From: an uncultured Candidatus Saccharibacteria bacterium
GTDB lineage: Bacteria > Patescibacteriota > Minisyncoccia > Phycocordibacterales > UBA9973
Direction of reading: 5' to 3'
DNA: 64,000 nt
NCBI GenBank assembly: GCA_964348725.1
Contig: CAYGDG010000003.1
Location: forward strand, 30,775-94,774
This document shows, in pieces, positions 1 to 9,064 of this stretch. Made by a program: the position numbers and the translations under genes. Below the pieces are notes generated by a model. The model saw only the letters and a list, made by a program, of their open reading frames with translations, did no database searches and had not been told where the DNA came from. The number at the start of each line of letters is the position of its first letter. The first letter of the stretch is position 1.

Positions 1-414
1 TGGCCTGTGAAGCGGAGTACGCGAGCTCATTGAAGGCCCCGACGATGAAGGAATCGAATCGATAGCGCGGATTTAAGTTATCTTCTGGGCTGATATAAAG
101 GTCTTTAAGAGGTAATTCTTTATTGATATACGGCTCAGATGGGGTGTGTAGTTCTTGTTTTACCCCTTCAGTCTTAGTGATGACATATTCTACGGCTCGC
201 ATTGTCTCATATGCGTCGGCAATGGTCTTGGTAATGAGCTTATGATACTTATTTTTGAGCCAATCGCGCACAAATTCATTCGGAACCCCTACAAATACGA
301 CCCCCGCTTCCTCTTTTAATATAGATGTATTTTTGAACCAGGTGCTGAAATTGGCCTTTGAAACACTGAGTTCGATTTCTGACAGGCAATTTTTCCAAAG
401 TTGTTTTGTATCCA
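1..414 (-). CDS. dnaA: Chromosomal replication initiator DnaA, N-terminal 138 aa (gene continues beyond window start)
   Basis: Minus-strand translation from ATG at 414..412 reads MDTKQLWKNCLSEIELSVSKANFSTWFKNT...LNPRYRFDSFIVGAFNELAYSASQA; LNPRYxFDxFVVG..N.LA is the canonical DnaA domain II/III junction motif; not in ORF track because truncated by window edge. Confidence 0.85.
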
Positions 415-546
415 TTGCTTCACATTATACTCCCGTTATCCACAGAGGCAAAAGGCCGGAATCTTATTAACTATGTTTACAAACTGTGGATATCTTTTTA
501 GGCTATGAAAGTTGATTTTTTTCAAACAATAATATAAACTGGCAAT
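415..546. promoter_or_regulatory. Candidate oriC / dnaA-rpmH divergent promoter region, AT-rich with two DnaA boxes
   Basis: TTATCCACA perfect at 436..444; TGTGGATAT (rc ATATCCACA, 1 mismatch) at 486..494; AT-rich tract 495..540; located between divergent dnaA and rpmH. Confidence 0.55.
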
Positions 547-681
547 ATGTCACAAACATATCAGCCTAAAAAGAGAAAGCGCGCAAGAACTCACGGATTC
601 CTCTCCCGCTCCAAGACCAAGAACGGACAGAAGACCTTAAAGCGCAGGCTACAGAAAGGACGCAAGAAACTCGCCGTCTAG
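547..681 (+). CDS. rpmH: 50S ribosomal protein L34
   Basis: 44-aa translation [44 protein letters not shown]; highly basic, classic L34; precedes rnpA. Confidence 0.9.
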   Translation: MSQTYQPKKRKRARTHGFLSRSKTKNGQKTLKRRLQKGRKKLAV

Positions 682-687
682 AGCTTT

Positions 688-1050
688 ATGCTGCCAAAGA
701 AAAATAGGGCCGACAAGAAGGCTATTGAAAAAATCTTCAAAGAAGGGAGATTCGTGAATTCCCCGAACCTGACTCTCAAGTTCGTGTACCTGCCCCTTCA
801 TGACTCCCCTCAAGTATCCGCTCTTGTGCCGAAGACTGCGGTAAAGAAAGCTTCAGCTCGCAATCTTCTCCGCCGTCGCGCATATGAAGTATTGAAAAAA
901 TATATACAGCAGCTTCCCGCACAATTTACCGGCGCGCTCGTTTTCGGCAAAAGATCCGCTGCTGTCTTCGGTGGGCGAAAAACTAAAATATATAATCCAA
1001 TTCAAAATCTTGAACATGAACTCACGATCATTCTTAATAAGCTGCATTAA
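688..1050 (+). CDS. rnpA: Ribonuclease P protein component
   Basis: 120 aa basic protein directly after rpmH in conserved rpmH-rnpA-yidD-yidC-jag order. Confidence 0.8.
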   Translation: MLPKKNRADKKAIEKIFKEGRFVNSPNLTLKFVYLPLHDSPQVSALVPKTAVKKASARNLLRRRAYEVLKKYIQQLPAQFTGALVFGKRSAAVFGGRKTKIYNPIQNLEHELTIILNKLH

Positions 1051-1261
1051 TTTCTACCAGAAAAATCTTTCACCCGATCAGGGTTTCTTAAAAAAAATTG
1101 GTCTTTTTCGAAAGTCCGTTTGCGTTTTTTATCCGACCTGCTCAGACTATACTAAACAAGCCATAGAGAAATATGGCGCAACCAAAGGAATATATCTGGC
1201 TATTCGCCGCATCCTGCGCTGCCATCCATGGCAAAAGAATCATATTGATCCGGTACGATAA
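1016..1261 (+). CDS. yidD: Membrane protein insertion efficiency factor YidD
   Basis: Internal Met of ORF 971..1261; MNSRSFLISCINFYQKNLSP...CVFYPTCSDYTKQAIEKYG matches YidD (CxFxPTCSxY motif); overlaps rnpA 3' end as usual. Confidence 0.8.
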   Translation: MNSRSFLISCINFYQKNLSPDQGFLKKIGLFRKSVCVFYPTCSDYTKQAIEKYGATKGIYLAIRRILRCHPWQKNHIDPVR

Positions 1262-1299
1262 TATTTGGAATTTCCGGTGTTTTCGTATAGAATGGGGAG

Positions 1300-2049
1300 A
1301 TGTTAACTAATATCTGGAATACTGTTTTATATCATCCGTTTATAAATCTTATGGCTTTTCTGGTCGATGTTGTCCCTGGTGGAAGTGTCGGCATTGCGAT
1401 TATTATTCTTACTATTTTGGTTAAGCTTGCTCTTTTTCCTCTTTCGCAGCGCTCTATTGAAAATCAAGCAAAAATGAACTTCCTAACTCCGGAAATCAAC
1501 AAAATCAAAGCGTCTGGAGTCAGTAAAGAAGAACAGGCCAAGCAGACTTTTGAACTTTATAAAAAGCATAAAACTAATCCCTTTTCCGGATGTCTCCTGG
1601 TTTTGATTCAGTTTCCTATAATTATCGCACTGTATTCTGTTTTTTTCAGAGGAATTAATTTTAGCCCCGAAATACTTTATTCATTTGTCCATGTTCCTGA
1701 TCAGATAAATAATCTGTTTTTTGGCACAATCGATTTAACTCAAAAAAGTCTCATACTTGCGATACTCGCCAGCGTCTCTCAATTTTTCCAAGCACACTAT
1801 ATGCCAAAGCCCCCTGCTTCCGCAACCAATACAGGATCTTTTCAAGAAAGCCTCTCTAAAAGCATGGCGATGAATATGAAATATTTTTTCCCAATTTTAG
1901 TTTTCGCTTTCCTTTATACAGGTGTACCGGGTATTAAACCTCTTTCTGCCGCGGTCGCATTATACTGGTTAACCAGCAACCTCTTCGCTATCGGCCAGCA
2001 GATATATTCGAACCGGAAGAAATTGACCTTAGTAGAAGTCATTAAGTAA
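1300..2049 (+). CDS. yidC: Membrane protein insertase YidC (short, Gram-positive-type)
   Basis: 249 aa polytopic protein in conserved position; multiple TM segments, no large periplasmic domain. Confidence 0.8.
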   Translation: MLTNIWNTVLYHPFINLMAFLVDVVPGGSVGIAIIILTILVKLALFPLSQRSIENQAKMNFLTPEINKIKASGVSKEEQAKQTFELYKKHKTNPFSGCLLVLIQFPIIIALYSVFFRGINFSPEILYSFVHVPDQINNLFFGTIDLTQKSLILAILASVSQFFQAHYMPKPPASATNTGSFQESLSKSMAMNMKYFFPILVFAFLYTGVPGIKPLSAAVALYWLTSNLFAIGQQIYSNRKKLTLVEVIK

Positions 2050-2059
2050 TTCACATAAT

Positions 2060-2527
2060 ATGAATAAAGCCGATATACAAAATTTGATCAAAGAATTGGT
2101 TGAGAAGACAAATGTCACTGTCCACGGACTGGATATTTCAGACGACAATTCCAAGATGACCTTGTTTTCCTTGGATGTGTCCGAGCCGCATCTTTTTACC
2201 GGGCGCGGCGGCGAAGCATTGTCAGCGCTCAATCACCTGGCCCGCAAGATTGCCGAGAAGAATGCTCCGGAGGGCGGCGAGAACGACGGCTTCCTGATAG
2301 ATATCGGCGGTTTTCAGAAACAGCGCATAGATTCTGTCCGCGCGATCGCTCATATGATGGCCGAGCGCGCCCGCTATTTTAAATCGAATGTGGAAGTGGA
2401 CCCGATGTCGGCTTTTGAGCGTCGCATCATTCACGAATTCCTTTCGGACGCGACCGACCTTAAGACCGAATCAATGGGCGAAGGTCCGTCCCGCCGAGTA
2501 GTCATCAGATATACCGGAGTAATATAA
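2060..2527 (+). CDS. jag: Jag/KhpB RNA-binding protein (KH + R3H domains)
   Basis: 155 aa; C-terminal R3H-like segment ERRIIHEFLSDATDLKTESMGEGPSRRVVIRY; conserved position after yidC. Confidence 0.75.
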   Translation: MNKADIQNLIKELVEKTNVTVHGLDISDDNSKMTLFSLDVSEPHLFTGRGGEALSALNHLARKIAEKNAPEGGENDGFLIDIGGFQKQRIDSVRAIAHMMAERARYFKSNVEVDPMSAFERRIIHEFLSDATDLKTESMGEGPSRRVVIRYTGVI

Positions 2528-2530
2528 AAA

Positions 2531-2553
2531 AACTCCCCACAGGGAGTTTTTTT
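2531..2553. terminator. Rho-independent terminator between jag (+) and T4SS-like operon end (-)
   Basis: AACTCCC-CACA-GGGAGTT hairpin flanked by A-run and T-run. Confidence 0.7.
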
Positions 2554-2568
2554 ATATTACAGATTTTT

Positions 2569-3945
2569 TTATAATGCGATCTCCCAGAGTTTGAAATCTT
2601 TCTTATTAATGAAGAAGAGATATTTCTCAGCTTCGTCGAGAGCGAGCTTGATGCCGTCCGCATCCTCGCCTGCCAGCGTGTAGACATCCGCGATCACAGT
2701 GTATGTGCCGGTCTTTACATCTATCTTCCAGATGCTATCGGAAAAAGATATTTCATCCCGGTACCAGGCGTCCGGATATTCATCATTCAGTACGAACTTC
2801 GGCACGGCGCAATAGAGCGTCTCGGAGAGCTTGCCCCAGACACATTTCTCCGGTAATGTCTTGGCCGGCAGAACTTGCGTGTTTCCGGTGCCTGTATCAT
2901 ATAAGTACAGAGTAAGGTCCCTGTTTCCATAGGCTATGAGGCGTCCGGACGGGCTGGTGAGCGTGGTCAGACCGGGTATTCCACCTAATATCTTATTGAA
3001 ATCTTTCAGGTTCGGGTCTATGCCGTACATATAGCCTGGCACGTTCGCGGAAGGCTTGGTGGTAAGTGTTACCATCCGACTGTTCGGCCACTCAGAGAGC
3101 CACTCAGTGAAAGGAGAATCGAAGAGCTGGATCCTCTTTTCTCCGGCAAGTCCTGCAGAAATGCCCACGGCATTTGTACCGGAAGAGAAGATGTAGAACA
3201 TGCGCGAGGTGTCCCGAGATATGGTCATGTCAGAGATGTTTTCTGGTAAAAAGATTCCCTTCAGAGAAGTGTTTGCCGAATCTGCACCAAGAACTTCCTT
3301 TGGCAGGATACCCGCAAATGTCTCGATGGTCCGTCCGTCTGTTTTCAGATAGCGGAAAATCACTGAATCGCCGTGATTGCCAAAAAATGCTTCATGGATC
3401 TGCGGGATGATAGTGGTGGTGAATTTGCGCTCATCCAGCTTATCAGCAAATGCCTGATAGATATTGCCAGTCGCTCTCTCGGCGTAACGCAGAGCAGGAA
3501 CGAATTCCGTCGGCGGAGCGATAGGTTTTACCACAGCAGCTTGAGAAGCGGTACCTGCGGCATCGGTAGAGGCAGGTTCGATGACCGGAATGATCACCGG
3601 CAGTTCCTTGAATCTTTCTTTCTGGAAGATGATGTATCCGGCGATCGATAGGTCGGAAACTTTTCTCAACTTGGCTGCCGGAGCTTCGGTCGCAGGGGCA
3701 GGTTCAAAGCCGGAAATGTCCGTCGGTTCGGTCGCAGTAGGCAGTTCGTTGTTCGTACCGCCAAAAGGCCATATTTGAGAAAGGAAATTTGTTCCGGCCG
3801 TGCTTCCCACAGTACCGGTCTTGTCAGTGGTATTATAAAAATATAAAAAGCCGAAAGCTATAGCCGTGGCGGCGATGAGGATGATAATAAGAAGTTTTAG
3901 ATTTCGTGGTGACATAATTATTTTCCGTCGTATGACCAGTGCCAA
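2569..3945 (-). CDS. Membrane-anchored protein with C-terminal beta-propeller-like region (last gene of T4SS-like operon); likely true start at Met 3915
   Basis: 458 aa ORF; N-terminal TM (LLIIILIAATAIAFGFLYF), low-complexity linker, repetitive beta-strand-rich C-terminus; alternative ATG at 3915 removes overlap with upstream gene. Confidence 0.5.
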   Translation of the reverse strand: MALVIRRKIIMSPRNLKLLIIILIAATAIAFGFLYFYNTTDKTGTVGSTAGTNFLSQIWPFGGTNNELPTATEPTDISGFEPAPATEAPAAKLRKVSDLSIAGYIIFQKERFKELPVIIPVIEPASTDAAGTASQAAVVKPIAPPTEFVPALRYAERATGNIYQAFADKLDERKFTTTIIPQIHEAFFGNHGDSVIFRYLKTDGRTIETFAGILPKEVLGADSANTSLKGIFLPENISDMTISRDTSRMFYIFSSGTNAVGISAGLAGEKRIQLFDSPFTEWLSEWPNSRMVTLTTKPSANVPGYMYGIDPNLKDFNKILGGIPGLTTLTSPSGRLIAYGNRDLTLYLYDTGTGNTQVLPAKTLPEKCVWGKLSETLYCAVPKFVLNDEYPDAWYRDEISFSDSIWKIDVKTGTYTVIADVYTLAGEDADGIKLALDEAEKYLFFINKKDFKLWEIAL

Positions 3946-5162
3946 GGCTCTGAAGCCAAATTATACATCTTATAAGTGGCCGCGTTATTTTTCAGCCAGA
4001 CGAAACATTTATTGTCTTGCGCCCCGATGCTCTGGCCTTCACAGGTGAAGTCGATGGCGAGGCCCGCTTCGTGCCTGGAAGTGCCGGGGTATGCGGTAGG
4101 CGGATTGCATTTCGCGCTCTGGTTATATATGGCAGATTGCCCGCCGCAGTGCTGGGATCGCAAGGATTCCTGCGCTTGCTTTGATCGGTATGTTCCGCCG
4201 GCCAGCTTGATCTGCGGTGTTGTCGCCCATGCCGCATCTATCAATTTTTTCAGGTTGGCCGAAATGCTCTTGCATGCCCAGAAGGTGCCTCCTGAAGTGC
4301 TGATCTGTTCGAATCCTTGAGTGCATAGTCCGTATGCTCCGCTCGGCGGCGTGCCGCTCGAGCTGGACGTCATACCGTAAATTTCACGTTCGTCCCCTAT
4401 CGTGACTGACGCTTCCGGTAGTTTGCCTAGGCCCACGTCGAGCAGGTCCGAATTCAAGGTGTTGAGGATGGCGTATGCGCCGAGAGCCAAGATGAGTCCG
4501 AGAACGGCATTCGTTATCTTGCTCTTCCCGTCCGCTTTTTCAGACACCAGCTCGCTGGTCATGTATTCTATGCCGCCTACCACTATCATGATCATGGCAA
4601 GGGCCGCGCAAATGCCTATGATCACATTTATCATGATGTTGAGGTATGCCCCGAAGCCGGACGCTGTATCCACCACTCCGTCTTTGCCGACTTTTGGAAT
4701 TGGCGCCAGCAATGTATAGTCCGTCTCGGTGTCTGTCCGTGTCACGTCACCGGAGAGTATGGTCGGGTTCGCTAACCCCCCCACCTTCTGCGCTATAGTT
4801 CCTGTTTTATCCTCCACGACTACTGATACACTGTATGTTTTTCCGGAATCCAGAATGCTGCCGGTATTATATTCGGCATGATTACCCTGTATTTTCTTAA
4901 TTACCGACTGCCCGACCTGTTTGTTCGGTTCCCCTTCTTTTTTTTCATATAAAAATACGACCGCATCTGTGTTGTCCGCTGTTCCTTCGGTGTCTATGTT
5001 CACTACCCAAGTCCACTTCTGGGTGGAAAAATTCTGATTCTGAGCGCCCATGGAAAGATTCACTTTTGTCGTAGCTGCGTTCACGGAAGCGGTAAGCGCT
5101 CCGAAAGCGACCAATACGGCCAGAGAAAAAATAACTATTTTTTTGTTCTTAAAAAGTGACAT
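3918..5162 (-). CDS. Fusion protein: secreted N-domain + VirB2/TrbC-like 2-TM hairpin + C-terminal peptidase M15 (D-Ala-D-Ala carboxypeptidase-like cell-wall hydrolase)
   Basis: Signal peptide; hydrophobic hairpin YLNIMINVIIGICAALAMIMIVVGGIEYM-loop-TNAVLGLILALGAYAILNTL; C-terminal SRHEAGLAIDF and EPWHWSY motifs typical of LAS/M15 metallopeptidases. Confidence 0.6.
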   Translation of the reverse strand: MSLFKNKKIVIFSLAVLVAFGALTASVNAATTKVNLSMGAQNQNFSTQKWTWVVNIDTEGTADNTDAVVFLYEKKEGEPNKQVGQSVIKKIQGNHAEYNTGSILDSGKTYSVSVVVEDKTGTIAQKVGGLANPTILSGDVTRTDTETDYTLLAPIPKVGKDGVVDTASGFGAYLNIMINVIIGICAALAMIMIVVGGIEYMTSELVSEKADGKSKITNAVLGLILALGAYAILNTLNSDLLDVGLGKLPEASVTIGDEREIYGMTSSSSGTPPSGAYGLCTQGFEQISTSGGTFWACKSISANLKKLIDAAWATTPQIKLAGGTYRSKQAQESLRSQHCGGQSAIYNQSAKCNPPTAYPGTSRHEAGLAIDFTCEGQSIGAQDNKCFVWLKNNAATYKMYNLASEPWHWSYDGK

Positions 5163-6117
5163 CGATCTGTTTTTCGCGATTTAAAAATAATCTTTTGAGA
5201 TTTTTGACCGTGAGGCGTATGCGGGCACTGCCTTCGCTGCCTGATTCCGGCTTTATTCCTATCTCGTTCTTCACATCGGAAGAAATGGGAGCTCCGTTCA
5301 GATACCAGGACATCTGAAGGTCCGGAGATTCCAGATCCTTCGGCGAAAAGAAATATGGTTCGGCACTGATTATGGCTCCTCCTTCGGGTATGAAAAATCC
5401 GTTCCCGATGGCGCGTGGCAGATGTTGTCCGGAAATAGGATCTTTGGCATAAAAAGTTATATGTGGTTCGGAGGGGCGGACCGTAGTCGTGCCCGTACCG
5501 ATGCCATTGCCTGCGAGGTCAGATACGGTGACATTGATCTCATTCTCAGTTTCCAAATAGGTATTCTTGAAAGTGTATGAGCTCTTGCCAAAACCGGAAA
5601 AAGTGACTGATGTCTTGCCGTCCTGCTCCCAGCGATAAGCGAAGTTCTTGGCGCTGCCGTTCGCCGGTATTGCCACTATCTTGTATGAGCCTTCGGTGGG
5701 AACAAGCGCTTTGCCTTTATAGAAAGGCGGCACATATGAGTCTACTCCTTGCCAGAGCAGATCTATGGCGGCCGGGCTGATGGCGATCGTCTTCTCGATG
5801 AGAGAGCCGTCCGCCGCTTCTATCCGTGCTTGGAGCAGTGTGCGTGACCCTGCGGCTGGGGCGGTAAAGGAAAAACTTTTCTGCCCGAATGCCTCTATCA
5901 TTACCCGTCCGTCGAGCAGCCACGTGATACGCGCGCGATCAAGATCGGAAGCGTATGTGGAGAGTGCTGCGGACACCGATTCGTTCGGCCGCGGATATCT
6001 CGGAGTGAGCGACAAAGAAACATCGCCGCTCTGTATCTGAGCCAAAGCGGAGAGTATAGGCAATGCGAAAAAAGCGATTGCGAGGACCACGACCGACATT
6101 TGTAACTTGGCGTACAT
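5149..6117 (-). CDS. Secreted/anchored protein, three beta-sandwich-like repeats (possible VirB8-position protein)
   Basis: 322 aa; N-terminal hydrophobic segment VVVLAIAFFALPILSALA; position downstream of VirB4 as in Gram-positive T4SS operons. Confidence 0.4.
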   Translation of the reverse strand: MYAKLQMSVVVLAIAFFALPILSALAQIQSGDVSLSLTPRYPRPNESVSAALSTYASDLDRARITWLLDGRVMIEAFGQKSFSFTAPAAGSRTLLQARIEAADGSLIEKTIAISPAAIDLLWQGVDSYVPPFYKGKALVPTEGSYKIVAIPANGSAKNFAYRWEQDGKTSVTFSGFGKSSYTFKNTYLETENEINVTVSDLAGNGIGTGTTTVRPSEPHITFYAKDPISGQHLPRAIGNGFFIPEGGAIISAEPYFFSPKDLESPDLQMSWYLNGAPISSDVKNEIGIKPESGSEGSARIRLTVKNLKRLFLNREKQIDVTF

Positions 6118-6138
6118 CGGCTATATTATATCACGCTC

Positions 6139-7980
6139 TTACCCTCGAGGCACAGTCTGGGCATCCGCTAATTCCTGCTTGGCCTTCTTGATGGAAAGGA
6201 TCTGCGAGGGGTCAGAGGTGATTATCTGATCTTCAGTGTATGAGGAAATGACTTTGATGGCGACGTGTTTCAGGCCGGCAAAGAATATGCCCTCTCCCAC
6301 GCCGGATTCCAGCAGGAGGTATTTCTCTTCATCGGTCAGATTAAATGTCTTTTGCAGGATGTCGATAGTAGATGGAGACTGCTTGAGGAGTATCTGGATG
6401 CTGGAGTTTGTAACGATCGGCACGCCGTACGGACTCTTCATGAAGTCAGCCGCGTCCTGAGTGATGGTGGCCAGGCCGAGGAAGTATTTGCGTCCGCGCT
6501 TGGCGATGGAGTACAAGAATGACGCAGTATCTTCTGATTTCATCATCCACCACGCTTCGTCCACCACAAGTAATCTTTTCTTCAGATTTTTTCTGACGGC
6601 ATTCCAGATGTAATGCGTGACGATGTACATGGCGATCGGCTTCAATTCATCTTCCATGTCGCGCACGGAGAAGACGACGAATTTCTTGTTGATATCGACG
6701 TTCGAGGGTTTGTTCAAGAATGTAGACCACGAGCCGCGCGTATATTTCACAAGACGCTGCACGACGGAGTCCGAACCTTCCATGCCGGAGAGCACCATCT
6801 CGAAGTCGGAAAGGAGTGGCGGTTCGATATTGGAAAAGTCAGATTCGGGCGTGATGTCTTTTATCGCATACGTTTCTGAAATGGCGCGGTCCACCATGGA
6901 GTCCTCTTCCGGCGTGAGCCCGCCGAGCATGAGACGGAACAGACCCACGAGGTTGATGATGTTCGAGCGGAGCACATCCGCTGCTGTTTCGTCTTCACGC
7001 GGGATCGGCAGGTCAAACGGATTAATGTGGTGTTCGGATGAGAGCGAAATATTGAAATAGCGTCCGCCGACGGCTTCAGCCAGGTATTCGTATTCTCGTT
7101 CCGGGTCGATGACGATGACGTCAGTGTCGAACATGAGCGAGCGTAGGATCTCGAGCTTCGTGGCATAGGATTTTCCGGAGCCGGATTTAGCGAAGGTGAC
7201 AGAGTTGTAGTTCTCCAGAGAGAAGCGGTCAAAAATAACAAGCGAAGAATTGTGCCGATTCACCCCATAGAGGATTCCTTTGTCGGACGTAAGGTCGAAA
7301 GAAACAAATGGAAAGATCGAAGAGAGTGGAGCAGAATTTAATTTCTGATGCACCGCAAGGACGTCGCTGCCGATCGGGATGACGCTCTTGAAACCTTCGT
7401 CCTGCTGGAATAGGGCCGGCTTTATGTATATGAGCTTTGATTCGAGCATGGATTTTATCTCATTCTCTATCTTGAAGAGCTCGAGCTCATTGTCGGCATA
7501 TACGGTGATGTACAGGCCCACATCGAACATTTTTTCCTGCGCTTGCATGAGGCTGTCGCGCAGGTTTTCGAGATCCTGATATGCCGTATCGAGCATCGGA
7601 TCGCGCACCATGCCCTTCCCTTCGCGTACGGCTATCTGGCTCTGCACCTCGGCTACTTTTTTCTGGAACTGGCGCAAGGCAAGCGAAGTGTCTATCGGGT
7701 GTATGAAGATCGAAACATCGAATATCTTATCGAGATTTATGATGGGCGAGAACCAATTGTCTGTCAAAAACCTCGGATACGAAATGATGAAGAATGTACG
7801 GGCTATCTTATCGCCGAGGTTCAAGGACTTTGGTTCGATCTTCAGAGCTGAAGGAGCGATGACATCCTGGAGCTCGAGCGTGGCGGATTCGTAGATTTCT
7901 TCCGGAAGCACGGCCAAGACGGACGCTCGCGCGTCGCTCTCTTTCGGTCTTCTTCCTAAAATTTTATCTAAAAGTGACAT
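6139..7980 (-). CDS. virB4: VirB4/TrbE/PrgJ-like T4SS ATPase, C-terminal ATPase part
   Basis: 613 aa; Walker A FAKSGSGKSYAT, Walker B RLLVVDEAWWMM (DEAW typical of VirB4), ATITQ motif. Confidence 0.8.
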   Translation of the reverse strand: MSLLDKILGRRPKESDARASVLAVLPEEIYESATLELQDVIAPSALKIEPKSLNLGDKIARTFFIISYPRFLTDNWFSPIINLDKIFDVSIFIHPIDTSLALRQFQKKVAEVQSQIAVREGKGMVRDPMLDTAYQDLENLRDSLMQAQEKMFDVGLYITVYADNELELFKIENEIKSMLESKLIYIKPALFQQDEGFKSVIPIGSDVLAVHQKLNSAPLSSIFPFVSFDLTSDKGILYGVNRHNSSLVIFDRFSLENYNSVTFAKSGSGKSYATKLEILRSLMFDTDVIVIDPEREYEYLAEAVGGRYFNISLSSEHHINPFDLPIPREDETAADVLRSNIINLVGLFRLMLGGLTPEEDSMVDRAISETYAIKDITPESDFSNIEPPLLSDFEMVLSGMEGSDSVVQRLVKYTRGSWSTFLNKPSNVDINKKFVVFSVRDMEDELKPIAMYIVTHYIWNAVRKNLKKRLLVVDEAWWMMKSEDTASFLYSIAKRGRKYFLGLATITQDAADFMKSPYGVPIVTNSSIQILLKQSPSTIDILQKTFNLTDEEKYLLLESGVGEGIFFAGLKHVAIKVISSYTEDQIITSDPSQILSIKKAKQELADAQTVPRG

Positions 7981-7986
7981 ATATTA

Positions 7987-8631
7987 TTACGCGTTCGTTA
8001 GGTCTATTTTACCTTCTATTTCTCCCGGATTGAAGACCTTGTAGAAAACTTCCACGATCTCTTCTGTGCCGAGCTCGACGGACTTGATGCCGGCGCTGGC
8101 CAGTCCCTGAGAGATGACCGCTACTCGCTGCTCGAGCTGCGAACGCTTCTCTTCGAAATCCGCGGCCGCGGCCGCTTTGACTTCTTCGCGGTTCTTGCGG
8201 GAAAATATTCCTTTCAGCATGCCGGTGTCGGCGGAAAATTCTTTCGGCGTATACGGCACGACCACGAAGAATGTCTTGGTCATGATATTTACCGTCTCGG
8301 TAAAATTCTTGATGAATTCCATATACTCGCGCGTCTGTACTTTCAGGAGTGGTTCATTCTGCACCTTCATCCTGTTCTCGAGAAGCAGCAAGTATGGCCG
8401 GATGTCGAGCTTCCTCGACTGCACGACTATCTGCACGGAGAAATCGAGCGTGTTCAGGAAGTTCTGGAACTGCATGATGGTGGCCTTCTGTTCATCTTCA
8501 GACTTGAGCGAAAGGTTCACTGAATTCGCGAGGACGACAGAGCGCAGCCCGCCGTCTTTCAAAACGACCACGCCGTCGCGGACTTCTTTGATAGGTACGA
8601 AATCTTGAGTTGCTCTCGCTTGTATGGCCAT
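7987..8631 (-). CDS. VirB4-like N-terminal domain protein (split from ATPase part by in-frame TAA TAA)
   Basis: 214 aa; DFVPIKEVRDGVVVLKDGGLRSVVL... resembles N-terminal domain of PrgJ/TcpF-type VirB4; same reading frame as 6139..7980, separated by TAA TAA TAT. Confidence 0.6.
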   Translation of the reverse strand: MAIQARATQDFVPIKEVRDGVVVLKDGGLRSVVLANSVNLSLKSEDEQKATIMQFQNFLNTLDFSVQIVVQSRKLDIRPYLLLLENRMKVQNEPLLKVQTREYMEFIKNFTETVNIMTKTFFVVVPYTPKEFSADTGMLKGIFSRKNREEVKAAAAADFEEKRSQLEQRVAVISQGLASAGIKSVELGTEEIVEVFYKVFNPGEIEGKIDLTNA

Positions 8632-8635
8632 AGTA

Positions 8636-9061
8636 TTATTCTACCTCATTTTGCGAATCTTTTTTCGTGTCCAGCACGTCCAAGCTCCAAGCCAGATCAC
8701 GCAATCGGCTCGCGCCCAGCTTTGGCGCGGGTATGGCACTTGCAAGAGAGGCCGCTTCTTTGGCTTTCTCACCTTTTTCTTTCCGTCTTCTCTTCCAGAT
8801 GTAGAGCTTGTCCGTGGCGGCGTAGCGGATGCTGGCCTCGAGCATATTTATGAATGGCTTATTGTTCGGACGGTAAAAAGTGAGCGCGAGCGAAAAGCCG
8901 GCAATAATGAGCATAGGAATCAATCCCCAGAAAAAGCCGAGCAGTTTATACAGGATGAAGCAAAGCCCTCCGCCGCCGGCGAGATAGACGAATTGGCGGA
9001 AAGTGAACGGGCCGAAGATCTTATCTTCGATGTCGATGAATTGTGGCACTTTGAATTGCAT
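8636..9061 (-). CDS. PrgI/VirB3-like small 2-TM protein
   Basis: 141 aa; two TM helices (LAGGGGLCFILYKLLGFFWGLIPMLIIAGFSLALTFY) then basic tail; sits immediately upstream of VirB4 as prgI-prgJ. Confidence 0.5.
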   Translation of the reverse strand: MQFKVPQFIDIEDKIFGPFTFRQFVYLAGGGGLCFILYKLLGFFWGLIPMLIIAGFSLALTFYRPNNKPFINMLEASIRYAATDKLYIWKRRRKEKGEKAKEAASLASAIPAPKLGASRLRDLAWSLDVLDTKKDSQNEVE

Positions 9062-9064
9062 ATT

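Noticed and set aside
255-470. Plus-strand 71-aa ORF near window start
   Set aside because: Lies antisense to a much better supported DnaA N-terminus (LNPRYRFDSFIVG motif) on the minus strand; shadow ORF.
6139-8631. Alternative genetic code (UGA=Gly, code 25) as explanation for split VirB4
   Set aside because: The separating codons are TAA TAA, not TGA, and many conserved genes terminate with TGA/TAA/TAG in standard fashion.
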